This document shows, in pieces, positions 23,690-36,209 of a DNA stretch of 64,000 nucleotides. The DNA is taken from the NCBI RefSeq assembly GCF_006345805.1, contig NC_043000.1:3968001-4032000 (forward strand), in the 5' to 3' direction. A program made the translations under genes and the position numbers. How positions within the stretch are numbered: the first letter of the stretch is position 1; every line of letters starts with the position of its first letter. Below the pieces are notes generated by a model, which saw only the letters and a program-made list of their open reading frames with translations, was not told the DNA's origin and did not search any database. Origin of the DNA: Octopus sinensis (Eukaryota).

Positions 23690-24183
23690 ATCAGACTTCT
23701 GTCTCTTTTGGCATTGATTTTATGGCTGGGTGCCCTTTCTAACACCAACTACCCCACAGAGTGGACTGAGTGCTTTTTATGAGGCACTAGCACTGGTGGG
23801 GTCAGTTTCAGCTTGGTTTTTACAGCTGGATGCCCTTCTAAATGCCAACCACTTCACAGTATGGACTGGATGCTTTTATAGATGGCACCAACACTGGCAG
23901 TGTCACCAAATAACTTGCAAGACACACATATATATATATATATGAATGTATGTATTAATACATTATAACTGAAAGGCTCTGATTTCTAGTACTCAGAGAG
24001 TTACTAGTTTCCAGGCATCAGCTGGTAGATTGAGCCTGGTATATATAGGCTTGTCTGTGTGGTTAAGAAGCTTTAACAGTAAGATCTTGTGTTCAGTCCC
24101 ATACTGTGGGGGTCCTTGGACAAGTGTCTTCTATTATAGAAAACCAGAGTCTTCTGAGTGGATTTGGTAAACAGAAATTGAAA

Positions 24184-24413
24184 GGCAGCGAGCTGGCAGA
24201 AACGTTAGCATGCCGGGCGAAATGCTTAACGGTATTTCGTTTGCCGCTACGTTCTGAGTTCAAATTCCGCCGAGGTCGACTTTGCCTTTCATCCTTCAGG
24301 GTCGATTAAATAAGTACCAGTTACGCACTGGGGTCAATATAATCGACTTAATCCGTTTGTCTGTCCTTGTTTGTCCCCTCTGTGTGTAGCCCCTTGTGGG
24401 CAGTAAAGAAATA
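24184..24413 (+). mobile_element. SINE B (young) with 12-bp TSD, nested in an A-headed SINE (24045-24690)
   Basis: TSD AGAAATTGAAAG at 24173-24184 and 24414-24425. Confidence 0.9.
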
Positions 24414-24846
24414 AGAAATTGAAAGAAGCCTGCTATATATATCTGTGTGTGTGTGTGTGTGTGTGTGTTTGTGTGTAGTCTTGTCTTATCACCTTTTGCT
24501 GAGTGTAAATGAGCAACACACTGATAGAAGTGATTTCCAATCATCCATGAAAGGTGTATCTGGCTGTGGGGAAATATTACCTTGGTTGAAAACAGATATG
24601 GGTTGGTGACAGAGAGGACATGTGGGTGTTGAAAACCTGCCTCAGCAAATTCTGTTTGTCTCATGCAAGCATGGAAAAGTTGATGTTAAATAAAATAATG
24701 CACACACACACACTCACACACAAATAGGTTTACATACCACCTATGCATACATACACAGATATACGACCATACATGTACAGACACAGGTGTATCGTTGGCA
24801 ATTTTCTTTCTCTGTCTTCCCTTCCTTGGACCTTCCCTTTTTCAAT

Positions 24847-24881
24847 GTTTCTGATGAAGAGCTCCGCTCGAAACGTTAAAT
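24847..24881 (+). ncRNA. Minimal (dimer-type) hammerhead ribozyme motif
   Basis: GTTT-CTGATGA-A-GAGC(TCC)GCTC-GAAA-CG-TT-AAAT; lies in a ~200-bp module at 24780-24980. Confidence 0.65.
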
Positions 24882-25001
24882 CCTCTTTCGTCCTTTCTTT
24901 TCCTGAGCGTCCAATAACACTGTACTTGTTCCATGTCCTCACATTGTTATGTTTTCTCTTTGTTCATGTTTGGATTAACTATATAAATATATATATATAT
25001 A

Positions 25002-25389
25002 TCTTTATATATAAAAGTAAGATTGTGTGTCTGTCTCCTACGATTTAGATTCCTAACTACTCCCACATTTTGCGGTGCAGTTTAACTATCTTATAGTCGT
25101 GATTCATATCGAGCCCTTCTGGGTATTAGTGCGCGTCTACGATGAGTCTACGATTAAAAAAAAAATTAACCATCATTTTTTCCATTTTAATGCATTTTTT
25201 CGCTATTACATAAGGGACGCAACTCTCTAAAAATGTCTACGATGAGTCAACGATTTAAAAAAAAAATTACCATCATTTTTTATTCCATTTTTAATGCATC
25301 TTTTTGCTATTTTTTTGCTATAACTCACTAAAAATGCTTATATAGTTATTTCCCTTACAAACCCGAGCAACGCCGGGCGATACTGCTAG
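25002..25389 (+). mobile_element. Non-autonomous Helitron
   Basis: A|TCTTTATATATAAAAG 5' end; 3' hairpin CCCGAGCAACGCCGGG then CTAG|T; no TSD; second copy at 58947-59345. Confidence 0.88.
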
Positions 25390-25513
25390 TATATATATAT
25401 ATTTAAAATCACAATAAGGGTGAAAAAATTGAATATTAATTAATAACATCAATTTAAAACACCAAGTGGTCTAGCGTAAAAAAAAACTGTGATACAGTAA
25501 AAATTATTAATAC

Positions 25514-25880
25514 AAGCAATAAGAGAGGGACCACATGTGGTCACTCTAACGCTAGAAATAGATCCGCAAAGGGAATCCACCACTAAAGAATTGTTCTCAA
25601 GCATTAATTCATTCAACATGCCAAGAAATGTAAGCGGGCGGGACAAATGAAAAATAACGAAAAAATGGATTAACTCTATACAATTGTTTCATCGTTAATA
25701 GGTTGTGTAATTTTACTTACAAATCATTTTCGAATCCTCGGTAGAGTATATCAAAAATATAATTTGCTGAACCGAACGCCAAAATCAATACGAAGCCGAG
25801 CAAAGGATTAGTGGTGGATTCCCTTTGCGGATCTATTTCTAGCATTAGAGTGACCACATGTGGTCCCTCTCTTATTGCTT
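25514..25880. repeat. 73-bp inverted repeat pair (probable inverted PLE pseudo-LTR fragments)
   Basis: 25514-25586 vs 25808-25880, one mismatch; half-hammerhead at 25679-25690 (minus strand) between them. Confidence 0.7.
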
Positions 25881-25935
25881 ATATATATATAGGCTTGGTG
25901 ATGCAAATAAAAATAGAACTCAAAAAACATGAATA

Positions 25936-26230
25936 TATCATCATCATCATCATCATCATCATTTGCTGTCCGTTGTCCATGCTGGCATGGGTTGAATAGT
26001 TTGACCAGAGCCAGCAAGCTGAGGAACTGCACCAGACTACAGTCTAATTTGGCATGTTTTCTACAAATGCATGTGCTTCCTAATGCCAAGCACTTTACAG
26101 AGTGTGCTGGGTGCTTATACATGGTGCCACACGAATACTTTCATGTGGCACCACATGGGTACTTTTATGTGGTGCTACATGGGTGCTTTTATGTGGCACT
26201 GCATAGACGCTTTTATGTGGCACCATCACA
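25936..26230 (-). mobile_element. Family C repeat with internal ~22-bp tandem units
   Basis: (ATC)n tail; repeated GGGTGCTTTTATGTGGCACCACAT-like units at 26110-26225. Confidence 0.75.
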
Positions 26231-26404
26231 AGTGCTTTTCAACACCAGAGGGACTGGTCTTAATACTTCTGTTGCAGAGTATGGGCCTTCTAGCACAAGC
26301 AACAGAGTAACTCAAGGGCCAAGAGTTTCATGCACTAGCACTTTATGTCTCTCTGTCTATATATGCATATATATATTATATATATATATAGATATCATCA
26401 ACAA

Positions 26405-26824
26405 GAACGGCCATAATAGGCCATTCACCCACTAGAAATAACAGCCAAAAGCTTCAACCGCAAAATAACTCAATTCCGGTAACCAGGAGAAAATTAAAAA
26501 CATTTACCCTGTAATTTCCTTATACGATGCACCGTTTCATCTACTGTTTAATGGTAAACTAACATGATTATTAAATCAAGCCAATCTTCCATAGGCCCTT
26601 AGAATCATCATAAGAAATAGCCAAGTCGGAACAGATATTTTCACGAGGCATTTCCTTCCCTGCCTCGGCAATATCTGACCTAAAATTTTCAAATCATCGC
26701 ACTCGTCGCCAATTTATCGCAGCAAATAAATATAAGCCGCCTTTCTCCTGTTTACGGATTGATGTTATTTTACGTTGAAGCTTGGGCTGTTATTTCTAGT
26801 GGTGAATGCCTATTATGGCCGTTC
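26405..26824. repeat. ~62-bp inverted repeat pair (probable inverted PLE pseudo-LTR fragments)
   Basis: 26405-26469 vs 26764-26824; bounded by (TA)n. Confidence 0.65.
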
Positions 26825-26959
26825 CTTGATTGTGATGTTGAACTTAAAAATGGTCTAGACTATTTAATTTTTTCCCACTAGGCCGCTGGTGCAAAAAATT
26901 CTACAAATTTTTGCCACCCTATATTGATTATATATATATATATATATATATAATATATT

Positions 26960-27148
26960 ATGGACGCCATGATAGATCGTTAGCTACTACACATAGATTT
27001 TTCTCTCCTTGTTTTCTGTGTCCCTTTCTGTAGAAGGTCGTAGGCTCGAAACGTAAAAGACTTTTTCATTCCTGAGCGTTATACTAATACATCTGTTTGT
27101 TTTGTACACCACCTGTCTTCGTCTTTTGTTATTTTTTTCGTAAACTCT

Positions 27149-27151
<3 letters not shown>
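26960..27151 (+). mobile_element. Short (TA)n-embedded module with a degenerate minimal hammerhead (27024-27060)
   Basis: CTTT-CTGTAGA-A-GGTC(GTAG)GCTC-GAAA-CG-TA-AAAG; 3' part related to 24900-24980 and to reverse-strand fragments at 27545-27620 and 46886-46960. Confidence 0.55.
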
Positions 27152-27185
<34 letters not shown>

Positions 27186-27676
27186 TTTCTTTTAATCTTT
27201 GAATTTGCATTACTTTTCCATTGTGATGCAAATAAAATCAACCATACATCTGTTATATATTTTTTCTTCTCCATTCTCTTTTATTAAATTTTTAGTGTGT
27301 GTATGTATATTTGTGTGTGTGTATGTATATTTGTGTGTGTGTGTCAGTGAACAGGTCACGGTCTCACAGTAACAAAAATATTTTGGCAAATAAAATTTAA
27401 ATGTTGAAGCGAATCTAACAGTTTTTTGTGTGTTTTTAAATGGCTTAAAAATACCTTCCATGCTGCAATTGTTTTTGTTTCAGCACATGATCTCAGATCA
27501 GGTCACTTGCTATGCAAGTACATCTCCGTAATATATATATATAGTTCAAATTTACAGAAAATATAAGATGAAGACAGGTGAGGGAACAACAAGTGGATGT
27601 ATTAGTTTGACACTTGGGAAGAGAGAGAGAGAGTATGTGCAATTATGCCTAGACATATATATATATGTGTATATAT

Positions 27677-27858
27677 ATCATCATCATCATCATCATCGTT
27701 TAACGTCCGTTTTCCGCGCTAGCACGGGTTGGATGGTTCGACCGGGGTCTGGGAAGCCAGAAGGCTGCACCAGGCTCCAGTCTGGTCTGGCAGTGTTTCT
27801 ACAGCTGGATGCCCTTCCTAACGCCAACCACTCCGCGAGTGTAGTGGGTGCTTTTTTT
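27677..27858 (-). mobile_element. Family C repeat (young)
   Basis: Family C motifs. Confidence 0.8.
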
Positions 27859-28537
27859 TGGTAAGCTGGGGAGTTATATATATATATGTATGTATATATA
27901 TGTATAAACATGCAGGTAAAGTGAAAAAAAAACCCTTAACATTGTTCAGGTAAGTGTAACACTGGCCAGCATTTCTCAATTGGATTTCATGAACTGTAAA
28001 AAGGATTATCACAAATCAGAAGTGGGTGGCAATCAAAATCGATGGGACATCCATCATGTTTGTGAGTGTGTGTGTGTGTGTGTGCATGCGTGTGCATCTG
28101 TATGTGTTAGTGTGTGTGTGTTACGAAAGTAAAGTGTAATATATATATGCACCACATCTATATTTGCGCATATACTGCATCTTTATTCTGTGCATATGCT
28201 GCAATCTGTAAACTGTACATATACACCATATGTGTATACTGTACACATACATCACATGTATGTATTCTACACATATTTTATTCATGAAACACACATACAC
28301 ACCTGTGTGTGTGTGCATGTGTATATATATATACACACATATATATACACACACACTCTCACACTGTGCTCATGTTTCCACACACAGAGATCATATCCTT
28401 ACACCTATTGAGCATATTTATACAAACTAGATATAGCAGATCTATATATACTATACATATGCAGCATATATATATTATATATATATATATATATTATAAC
28501 CCATGCTAGCATGGAAAGCGGACGTTAAATGATGATG

Positions 28538-29003
<466 letters not shown>

Positions 29004-29024
29004 AACTCCCCAGTTTACCAATTT

Positions 29025-29368
29025 TCAGTCAGACCATACAACCCATACTAGCATGGAAAACGGACATTGAATAATGATGTTTGTCTGTTGCCAGCCTCGC
29101 CTGGCCCTCGTGCCGGTGGCACATAAAAAGCACCATCCGTTCGTGGCCGTTTGCCAGCTCTGTCTGGCACCTGTGCGGGTGGCACGTAAAAAGCACCCAC
29201 TACACTCACGGAGTGGTTGGCGTTAGGAAGGGCATCCAGCCATAGAAACACTGCCAGATTTGACTGGGCCCGATGAAGCCTTCTGGCTTCACAGACCCCA
29301 GTAGAACCGTCCAACCCATGCTAGCATGGAAAACGGACGCTAAACGATGATGATGATGATGATGATGA

Positions 29369-29370
<2 letters not shown>
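29025..29370 (+). mobile_element. Family C repeats (short tail fragment plus longer copy)
   Basis: Family C motifs, (GAT)n tail. Confidence 0.8.
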
Positions 29371-29430
<60 letters not shown>

Positions 29431-29439
<9 letters not shown>

Positions 29440-29577
29440 GTTCAGTAAAATGTACTCACATGATACAAATTTATATACACTACACAGCAGTACTAATATA
29501 TATATATACACACACACACTGTTCAGTAAAATGTACTCACATGATACAAATTTATATACACTACACAGCAGTACTAA
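29431..29577. repeat. Local tandem duplication, period 81 bp
   Basis: CTGTTCAGTAAAATGTACTCACATGATACAAATTTATATACACTACACAGCAGTACTAA occurs twice. Confidence 0.9.
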
Positions 29578-30077
29578 GAATCTTTAAGCAGTCTCATCCC
29601 AGTACTTATTCAACTGCACTACATTATTATTCAATAACGAAAATAACACCTCCCCCCCCCAAGATCCTTCATTTTGATAATGAGCTCTAATTTGGGCACA
29701 AGGGACATAGAATATATTTCCGTATCACAATCCATGCATCATCCGTAATATAAATTCCATGTCATAATTCCCATCAACATCTTTTGTCTACTGTCTTTTA
29801 CTTGTTTAAGTCATTGGACTACTGCCATGCTGGAGCATCATCTTAACAGGTTGTGCAAATTGAACCTGGGCCTTGTTTTTTTTTTTGGTTTTTGGTTTTT
29901 TTTTCTTTTATAAATCTGGTACTTATTCTATTAGTCTCTTTTGCTGAACCACTAAGCTATGGGAACGGACACACACCAATGTCACTTGTAAAGCAGTGGT
30001 AGTGGAACATACACAACATGAAGAACACTAACATTCATACCTACATACATGCATATGCATATATGCATGCACACATA

Positions 30078-30483
30078 TAGGCACAGGAGTGGCTCTGTTG
30101 TAAGTAGCTTGCTTACCAACCACATGGTTCCGGGTTCAGTCCCACTGCGTGGCACCTTGGGCAAGTGTCTTCTCCTATAGCCTCAGGCCGACCAAAGCCT
30201 TATGAGTGGATTTGGTAGATGGAAACTGAAAGAAGCCCATTGTATGTGTGAGTGTGTGTGTGTGTGTGTATCTATGTGTTTGTGTGTCTGTGTTTGTCCC
30301 CCCACATTTTTTGACAACCGATGCTGGTGTATTTAAGTCCCCGTCACTTAGCGGTTCGGCAAGAGTGACCGATAGAATAAGTTCTAGGCCTACAAAGAAT
30401 AAGCCTTGGGGTCGATTTGCTTGACTAGAGGCGGTGCTCCAGCATGACCACAGTCAAATGATTGAAACAAGTAAAAGAATAAA
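30078..30483 (+). mobile_element. SINE A nested in an older antisense SINE A (29795-30615)
   Basis: Host halves flank the insert. Confidence 0.85.
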
Positions 30484-31069
30484 AACACATGATGGGCTTC
30501 TTCAAATTTTTTGTCTACTAAATTCAGTCACAAGGTATTGGTCCCTTGGGGCTGTAGTAGATGCTTCTCCAAGGCATTGCACATTGGAACTGAACCCAAA
30601 ACCACAAGTTTGCAAGTTTGCCTTGTGGTATTTAGTTTCTTTTCCTTATGTTCAGAGTTCAAATCCAATGGGAATCAACTTTACTTGCCATCCTTTCAAG
30701 GTTAAGAAAGTAAGTACCACTGCAAGCACAGGGGTCAGTTGTATTAGCCCTATCTTTCTAAATCCATGCCTTTGTCCCTTTATTAGAACTCATTCTAAAT
30801 GTGAAGGAACAAGGGCTGGGGGATATTTTCTTCAGGGAATGAAACACATTGTTTATTGTATGTATATACTGTGATTATTTGTATAGTATATCTTTTATCT
30901 TTTACTTGTCTCAGTCATTATACTGTGGCCATGCTGGGGCACTGCCTTGAAGATTTTTTTTAGTTGAATGAATCAATCCCAGTACATTTTTTTTTTTTGT
31001 AAGACTGATACTTATTTTGTTGGTCTCCTTTGCTGAACCACTAAATTATGGGAACTTAAACACACCCCA

Positions 31070-31233
31070 TAGGCACAGGAGTGGATGTGTGGTAAGAAGC
31101 TTGCTTCCCAACCATATGGTTCCGGGTTCAGTCCCACTGCATGACACTTTGGGCAAGTGTCTTCTACTATAGCCTCAGGCTGACCAAAGCTTTGTGAGTG
31201 GATTTGGTAGACAGAAACTGAAAGAAGCCCATC

Positions 31234-31269
<36 letters not shown>

Positions 31270-31494
31270 CACCATCCGATCATGGTTGATGCCAGCCTCC
31301 TCTAGCCCCTGTGCTGGTGGCATGTGAAAAGCACCTGCTACACTCTCAGAATGGTTGGTGTTAGGAAGGGCATCCAGCTGTAGAAACACTGCCAGGTCAG
31401 ACTGGAGCTTGGTGCAACCTCCTGGCTTCCCAGACCCCAGTCGAACCATCCAACTCATGCCAGCATGGAAAACGGACATTAAACGATGATGGTG

Positions 31495-31525
<31 letters not shown>

Positions 31526-31745
31526 TGTATGTATTTGTGTGTGTGTGTTAGTTCCCTCCACCATTACTTGACAACTGATGTTAGTGTTTTTCCGTCCCTG
31601 TAACTTAGCAGATCAGCAAAAGAGACTGATAGAATAAGTATCAGGCTTATAAAGAATAAGTCCTGAGGTGGATTTATTCAACTAAAGGCAGTGCTCCAGC
31701 GTGGCCACAGTCAAGCGGCTGAAACAAGTAAAAGAATAAAAGAAT
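31070..31745 (+). mobile_element. SINE A containing a family C copy (31266-31497), itself nested in an antisense SINE A (30892-31988)
   Basis: Collinear host halves on both sides at each level. Confidence 0.8.
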
Positions 31746-32139
31746 TAAAATACCACCACTGGTTGTCAGACGGGGTGGGGAACAAAATACAGACATAAAG
31801 ACACACACACACATATATATGTGATGGGTTTCTTTTGTTTTCCATCTGTCAAATCCACTCAGAAAGCTTTAGTTGACCTGAGGCTAGAGTAGAAAACACT
31901 TGCTCAAGGTGCCACACAGTGAGAGACTGAACCCAGTACCATGTGGTTGGTAAGCAAGCTTCTTACCACATAGCCACCCCTGCACCTATGTAGATACGTT
32001 ATATACAGTTTGTGTAGAAATGTATCGTGTAGATATGTAAAGCGTAAGATGTGATCTATATCTACACTATATAGATATGAGGTATGTGTGCAGTATATAA
32101 ATATGATATATATATATAGTTTATAGATGTGGCATATAC

Positions 32140-32348
32140 GCTTTTACGCTTTTATTTGTTTCAGTCATTTGACTGCGGCCATGCTGGAGCACCGCCTTCG
32201 GTCAAGCAAATCGACCCCGGGACTTATTCTTTGTAACCCTAGTACTTATTCTATCGGTCTCCTTTGCCGAACCGCTAAGTGACGGGGACATAAACACTCC
32301 AGCATCGGTTGTCAAGCGATGTTGGGGGGAACACACACAGACACACAA

Positions 32349-32409
<61 letters not shown>

Positions 32410-32577
32410 TACGACAGTCTTCTTTCAGTTTCCATCTACCAAATCCACTCACAAGGCTTTGGTCGGCCCGAGGCTATAGTAGAAGACACTTGCCTAAGGT
32501 TCCACGCAGTGGGACTGAACCCAGAACTATGTGGTTGGTAAGCAAGCTACTTACCACACAGCCACTCCTGCGCCTAT
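32140..32577 (-). mobile_element. SINE A, full length
   Basis: Family A consensus. Confidence 0.9.
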
Positions 32578-32666
32578 ATGTACTGTATATATAGATGTGA
32601 TGTTTATGTACAATGTATAGATATGGGGAATATAATATATAGATGTGATGTATATACACAGCATAT

Positions 32667-32896
32667 AGGCGGCGAGCTGGCAGAAACGTGAAATGCTTAG
32701 GGTGAAATGCTTAGCGGTATTTCATCTGTGGTTAAGTTTTGAGTTCAAATTCCGCCGAGGTCAATTTGCCTTTCATCCTTTCGGGGTCGATAAATAAAGT
32801 ACCAGTTATGCACTGGGGTCGATATAATCGACTTAATCCCTTTGTCTGTCCTTGTTTGTCCTCTCTATGTTTAGTCCCTTGTGGGCAATAAAGAAA
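32667..32896 (+). mobile_element. SINE B
   Basis: Family B consensus. Confidence 0.85.
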
Positions 32897-32972
32897 TATA
32901 TATATACATCATATATATATATATGATATATATGTACAGCATATAAATGTGGCATATATGTGTATAGTTATG

Positions 32973-33016
<44 letters not shown>

Positions 33017-33639
33017 TATAAGGATGTAGATGTGCAATATATAGATTTGGGGTATATGAATGATATATGATATATATGTACAATATAACAATGTAATGTG
33101 TGTATAGAGTAAAGATGTGATGTAACAGTGTGTATATATATGTTTCATGTACAGTATATAGGTAAGTTGTATATGTGGTGTACTGTGAAGAGATGTGTTT
33201 ATGTATGGTGAGTGTATAAATGTGCTTATTCTATGGGTATAACATGTATATTGATATGCTAATTTTAAAGACATAACAAGTGTGTAGATGTGCTAAATAT
33301 CTACTGTGGCTATAGATGTGTTGTATATGTATGTATAATATATTTTACCTGTTTCAGTCATAAGACTGTGACCATGCTGGAGCACTGGCTTGAATTATTT
33401 TTTCTGTTTAATTGAATGAATTGACTCCAGTACTGTACTTTTTTCTCTTTTTGTATTTGTATAGTATATGTAAATGTTTTTTTTTTTTTATATGTGTCTG
33501 TATTGTATATATAAACTACTCTTGTAAACGATGCATTCTTGCAAATTTACTCTTCCTTCCCTGTTGCTGGCACCACCACCACCCAACACCACCACACATA
33601 CTGCTATTGGCGTTTATTTATAGTAATCATTGAAGAATC

Positions 33640-34236
33640 CCCTGAAATCTTCTGCATCTTCCGTTTCCCTCACCGTTTTCTTTTTCTCCCTCCCGTTGCT
33701 TCCCCAAAGTGTCATGCTGACTAGAAACTTTTTTTTACTGGAAGCTCCAACAGCTGGAGACCGTGGAAACTGCTTTGCCTCTCAGACTTAGCTGCTCTGA
33801 TCTCTTTCACAAGGCTGACAGTAGCATGCTTACCAAACAACAACAACAACAACAACAGCGGCAGCAACAGCAACAGCGGCAGCAGCAACGGCAGCAGCAG
33901 TGCCGAGGACACGGAACGCATCAATTTACACTCTCACAACTTGTATGCACACTTGCGTGTGTGTAGACGCGTGCACTCTCTCTCTCTCCTACCAGCGGAA
34001 GCAGCAGCTGGTGAGATGGACTGCTCTTTACATAGCATAACCGCCACCACCACCACCACCACCATTGACAACACCACCGCCTTCTTACTCGTAGCTACAG
34101 ATATGGTCATCTGGCCTCCTCCCACCACACTGCATTACATATACCACACACATACAATCCACTAATAGTTGTGCAGTAGTTTTGCACGTTAGTTTTATAT
34201 CTTTTAAAAAAAAATTCATTACAGTTTGTTGTTTTT

Positions 34237-34267
<31 letters not shown>

Positions 34268-34792
34268 TTTTTTATTTACTTTTTATTGGTTTGCTATTTA
34301 TTGTTTTTAACCCCTTTCGTCCTCCTTTCTTCCGAAATATTTTCTCCTTGTTCCAATGTTAGCCGGGTGTTCCCTAAATTTCTCCCTACCTTCCTGTTTC
34401 ATCGCCTTCATCCATTTCTGTACAACAACACATCTGTATTATTATTTACCATAAAGGAATCAAAGAACAGCAGAAAACGATAACAAAAAAAACAACAAAA
34501 AAAAAAACAACAACAAAAAACAAAAAAAAACCACTAACAAAAAAAAAAACACACGTTCACACTCACTCACTCACTCACACACACACTCACACATGTGCAC
34601 ATATATACACACACACACATGCACGCACACAAACTTCAAAACTAAAATTCCTCAACATTACAAGTTGGTCTAATGAATGAAATCAAAGACAGGTCTTCTG
34701 TCACGTAGAGTAAATAATTGTATCCTCCACCTAGATCTGGATTATTTCTAAAAATGATAGTCATTATCATCACAACTAAAATCTTAAAAATG
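33640..34792 (+). other. Candidate 5'-UTR/first exon of a host gene ending in ATG|GTAAGT
   Basis: TE-free stretch with CAG/CAA/CAC tracts; AAAATG at 34787-34792 directly followed by consensus donor GTAAGT; no downstream exon identified. Confidence 0.3.
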
Positions 34793-35379
34793 GTAAGTCT
34801 TTTGCATCCTTTCCATTTCTTTGCTTACATGCTTCCCCGCCCCCCACGTCTGCTACCACCACCACCATCCTTCTGCCTGTCCCTGATGCCCTAGCTGGCT
34901 TCTCACACCCTCCCTGCAATTAAAATGTCTGCTCCATGGTTTCTTCCTACCGAACCCCCCCACCTACTGCATGCACCGACTTTTTTATTTTATTTTTTTT
35001 TATTCTCTTTTTTTTTTTGTTGCCTCACATTGGTCCCTAAGAAACAGCTATCTTGTTTCCACAACTATAAGAAATAACATATACAGTGTATATATATATG
35101 TATATATATATACATGTACATGTATGTATACATATTGCATATATATTTATGGATATGAAGACATATATATATACACACATACATACACATGCATGTATGT
35201 ATATATATATATATGAATGATATCTGTGTGTGTGTGTGTGTGTGTGTATATACATATATACATGCTACACAGGCATATATAAACACACACACACCATCTC
35301 AGTATGAAAGATGGACACTAAACAATATGATGATGACAAGAATGACTCACACATTCACATACACACATTTATATACACG

Positions 35380-35404
35380 CATATATATATATCCATGCAT
35401 ATAT

Positions 35405-35443
<39 letters not shown>

Positions 35444-35470
35444 ATATATATATACATAGATACATATATC

Positions 35471-35501
<31 letters not shown>

Positions 35502-35565
35502 CACATACATATATATATATATATAATATATATATATATATAATATATATATATATATTATATAT

Positions 35566-35613
<48 letters not shown>

Positions 35614-35620
35614 GCACATA
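35380..35620. repeat. (TA)n/(CA)n microsatellite
   Basis: Direct inspection. Confidence 0.95.
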
Positions 35621-36209
35621 TCAAATGTATTTATATTCATTATCAACTTTATCTTTTCTAAGTAAAGAATAAAAACATGGTCTAGTTGTTGTTGTTGTTG
35701 TTGTTGTTATTCTTTGTGTGTTTGCTTGTAGTTGTTGTTGTTGTTGTACTTTAGGATGTAAAACTAAAATTATCACTGCAACGAATATGTGTGCGGTTTG
35801 TACATTAGTTTATTTCCTGAAGATGTTGATGATGATAGTGCTGCTGCTGATGATGATGATGATGATGATATGTATTGATTTCATTTCTTTTAGCATTAAA
35901 GCATCTTTTCCAGTTCCTTTTTTTACTTTGCTGTTTTGTATGTGTGTGTGTGTGTGTGGAGGGGGTATGTGTGCATATCTCTTTGTGTGTGTGTATGTGT
36001 GTGTGTTTGTGTATAAGAGCTGCGTGGTTGAATCATGTTATCTCCAACTTGTTATCGATGTATATTTTATTTGTGCTGGAATGCAAAGTCAGGAATGGTG
36101 AGATTTGAACTTCTGAAATACGAAGCAACAAACTTAGATGCGGTAAAGAATCTAGTGTGGCTTCCCTACTACTACTACTAATACTACTACTACTTGAACT
36201 AACCTTCTT

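Noticed and set aside
33763-33966. PolyQ protein ORF
   Set aside because: Short, GTG-started, driven by a CAA/CAG tract; no recognisable domain.
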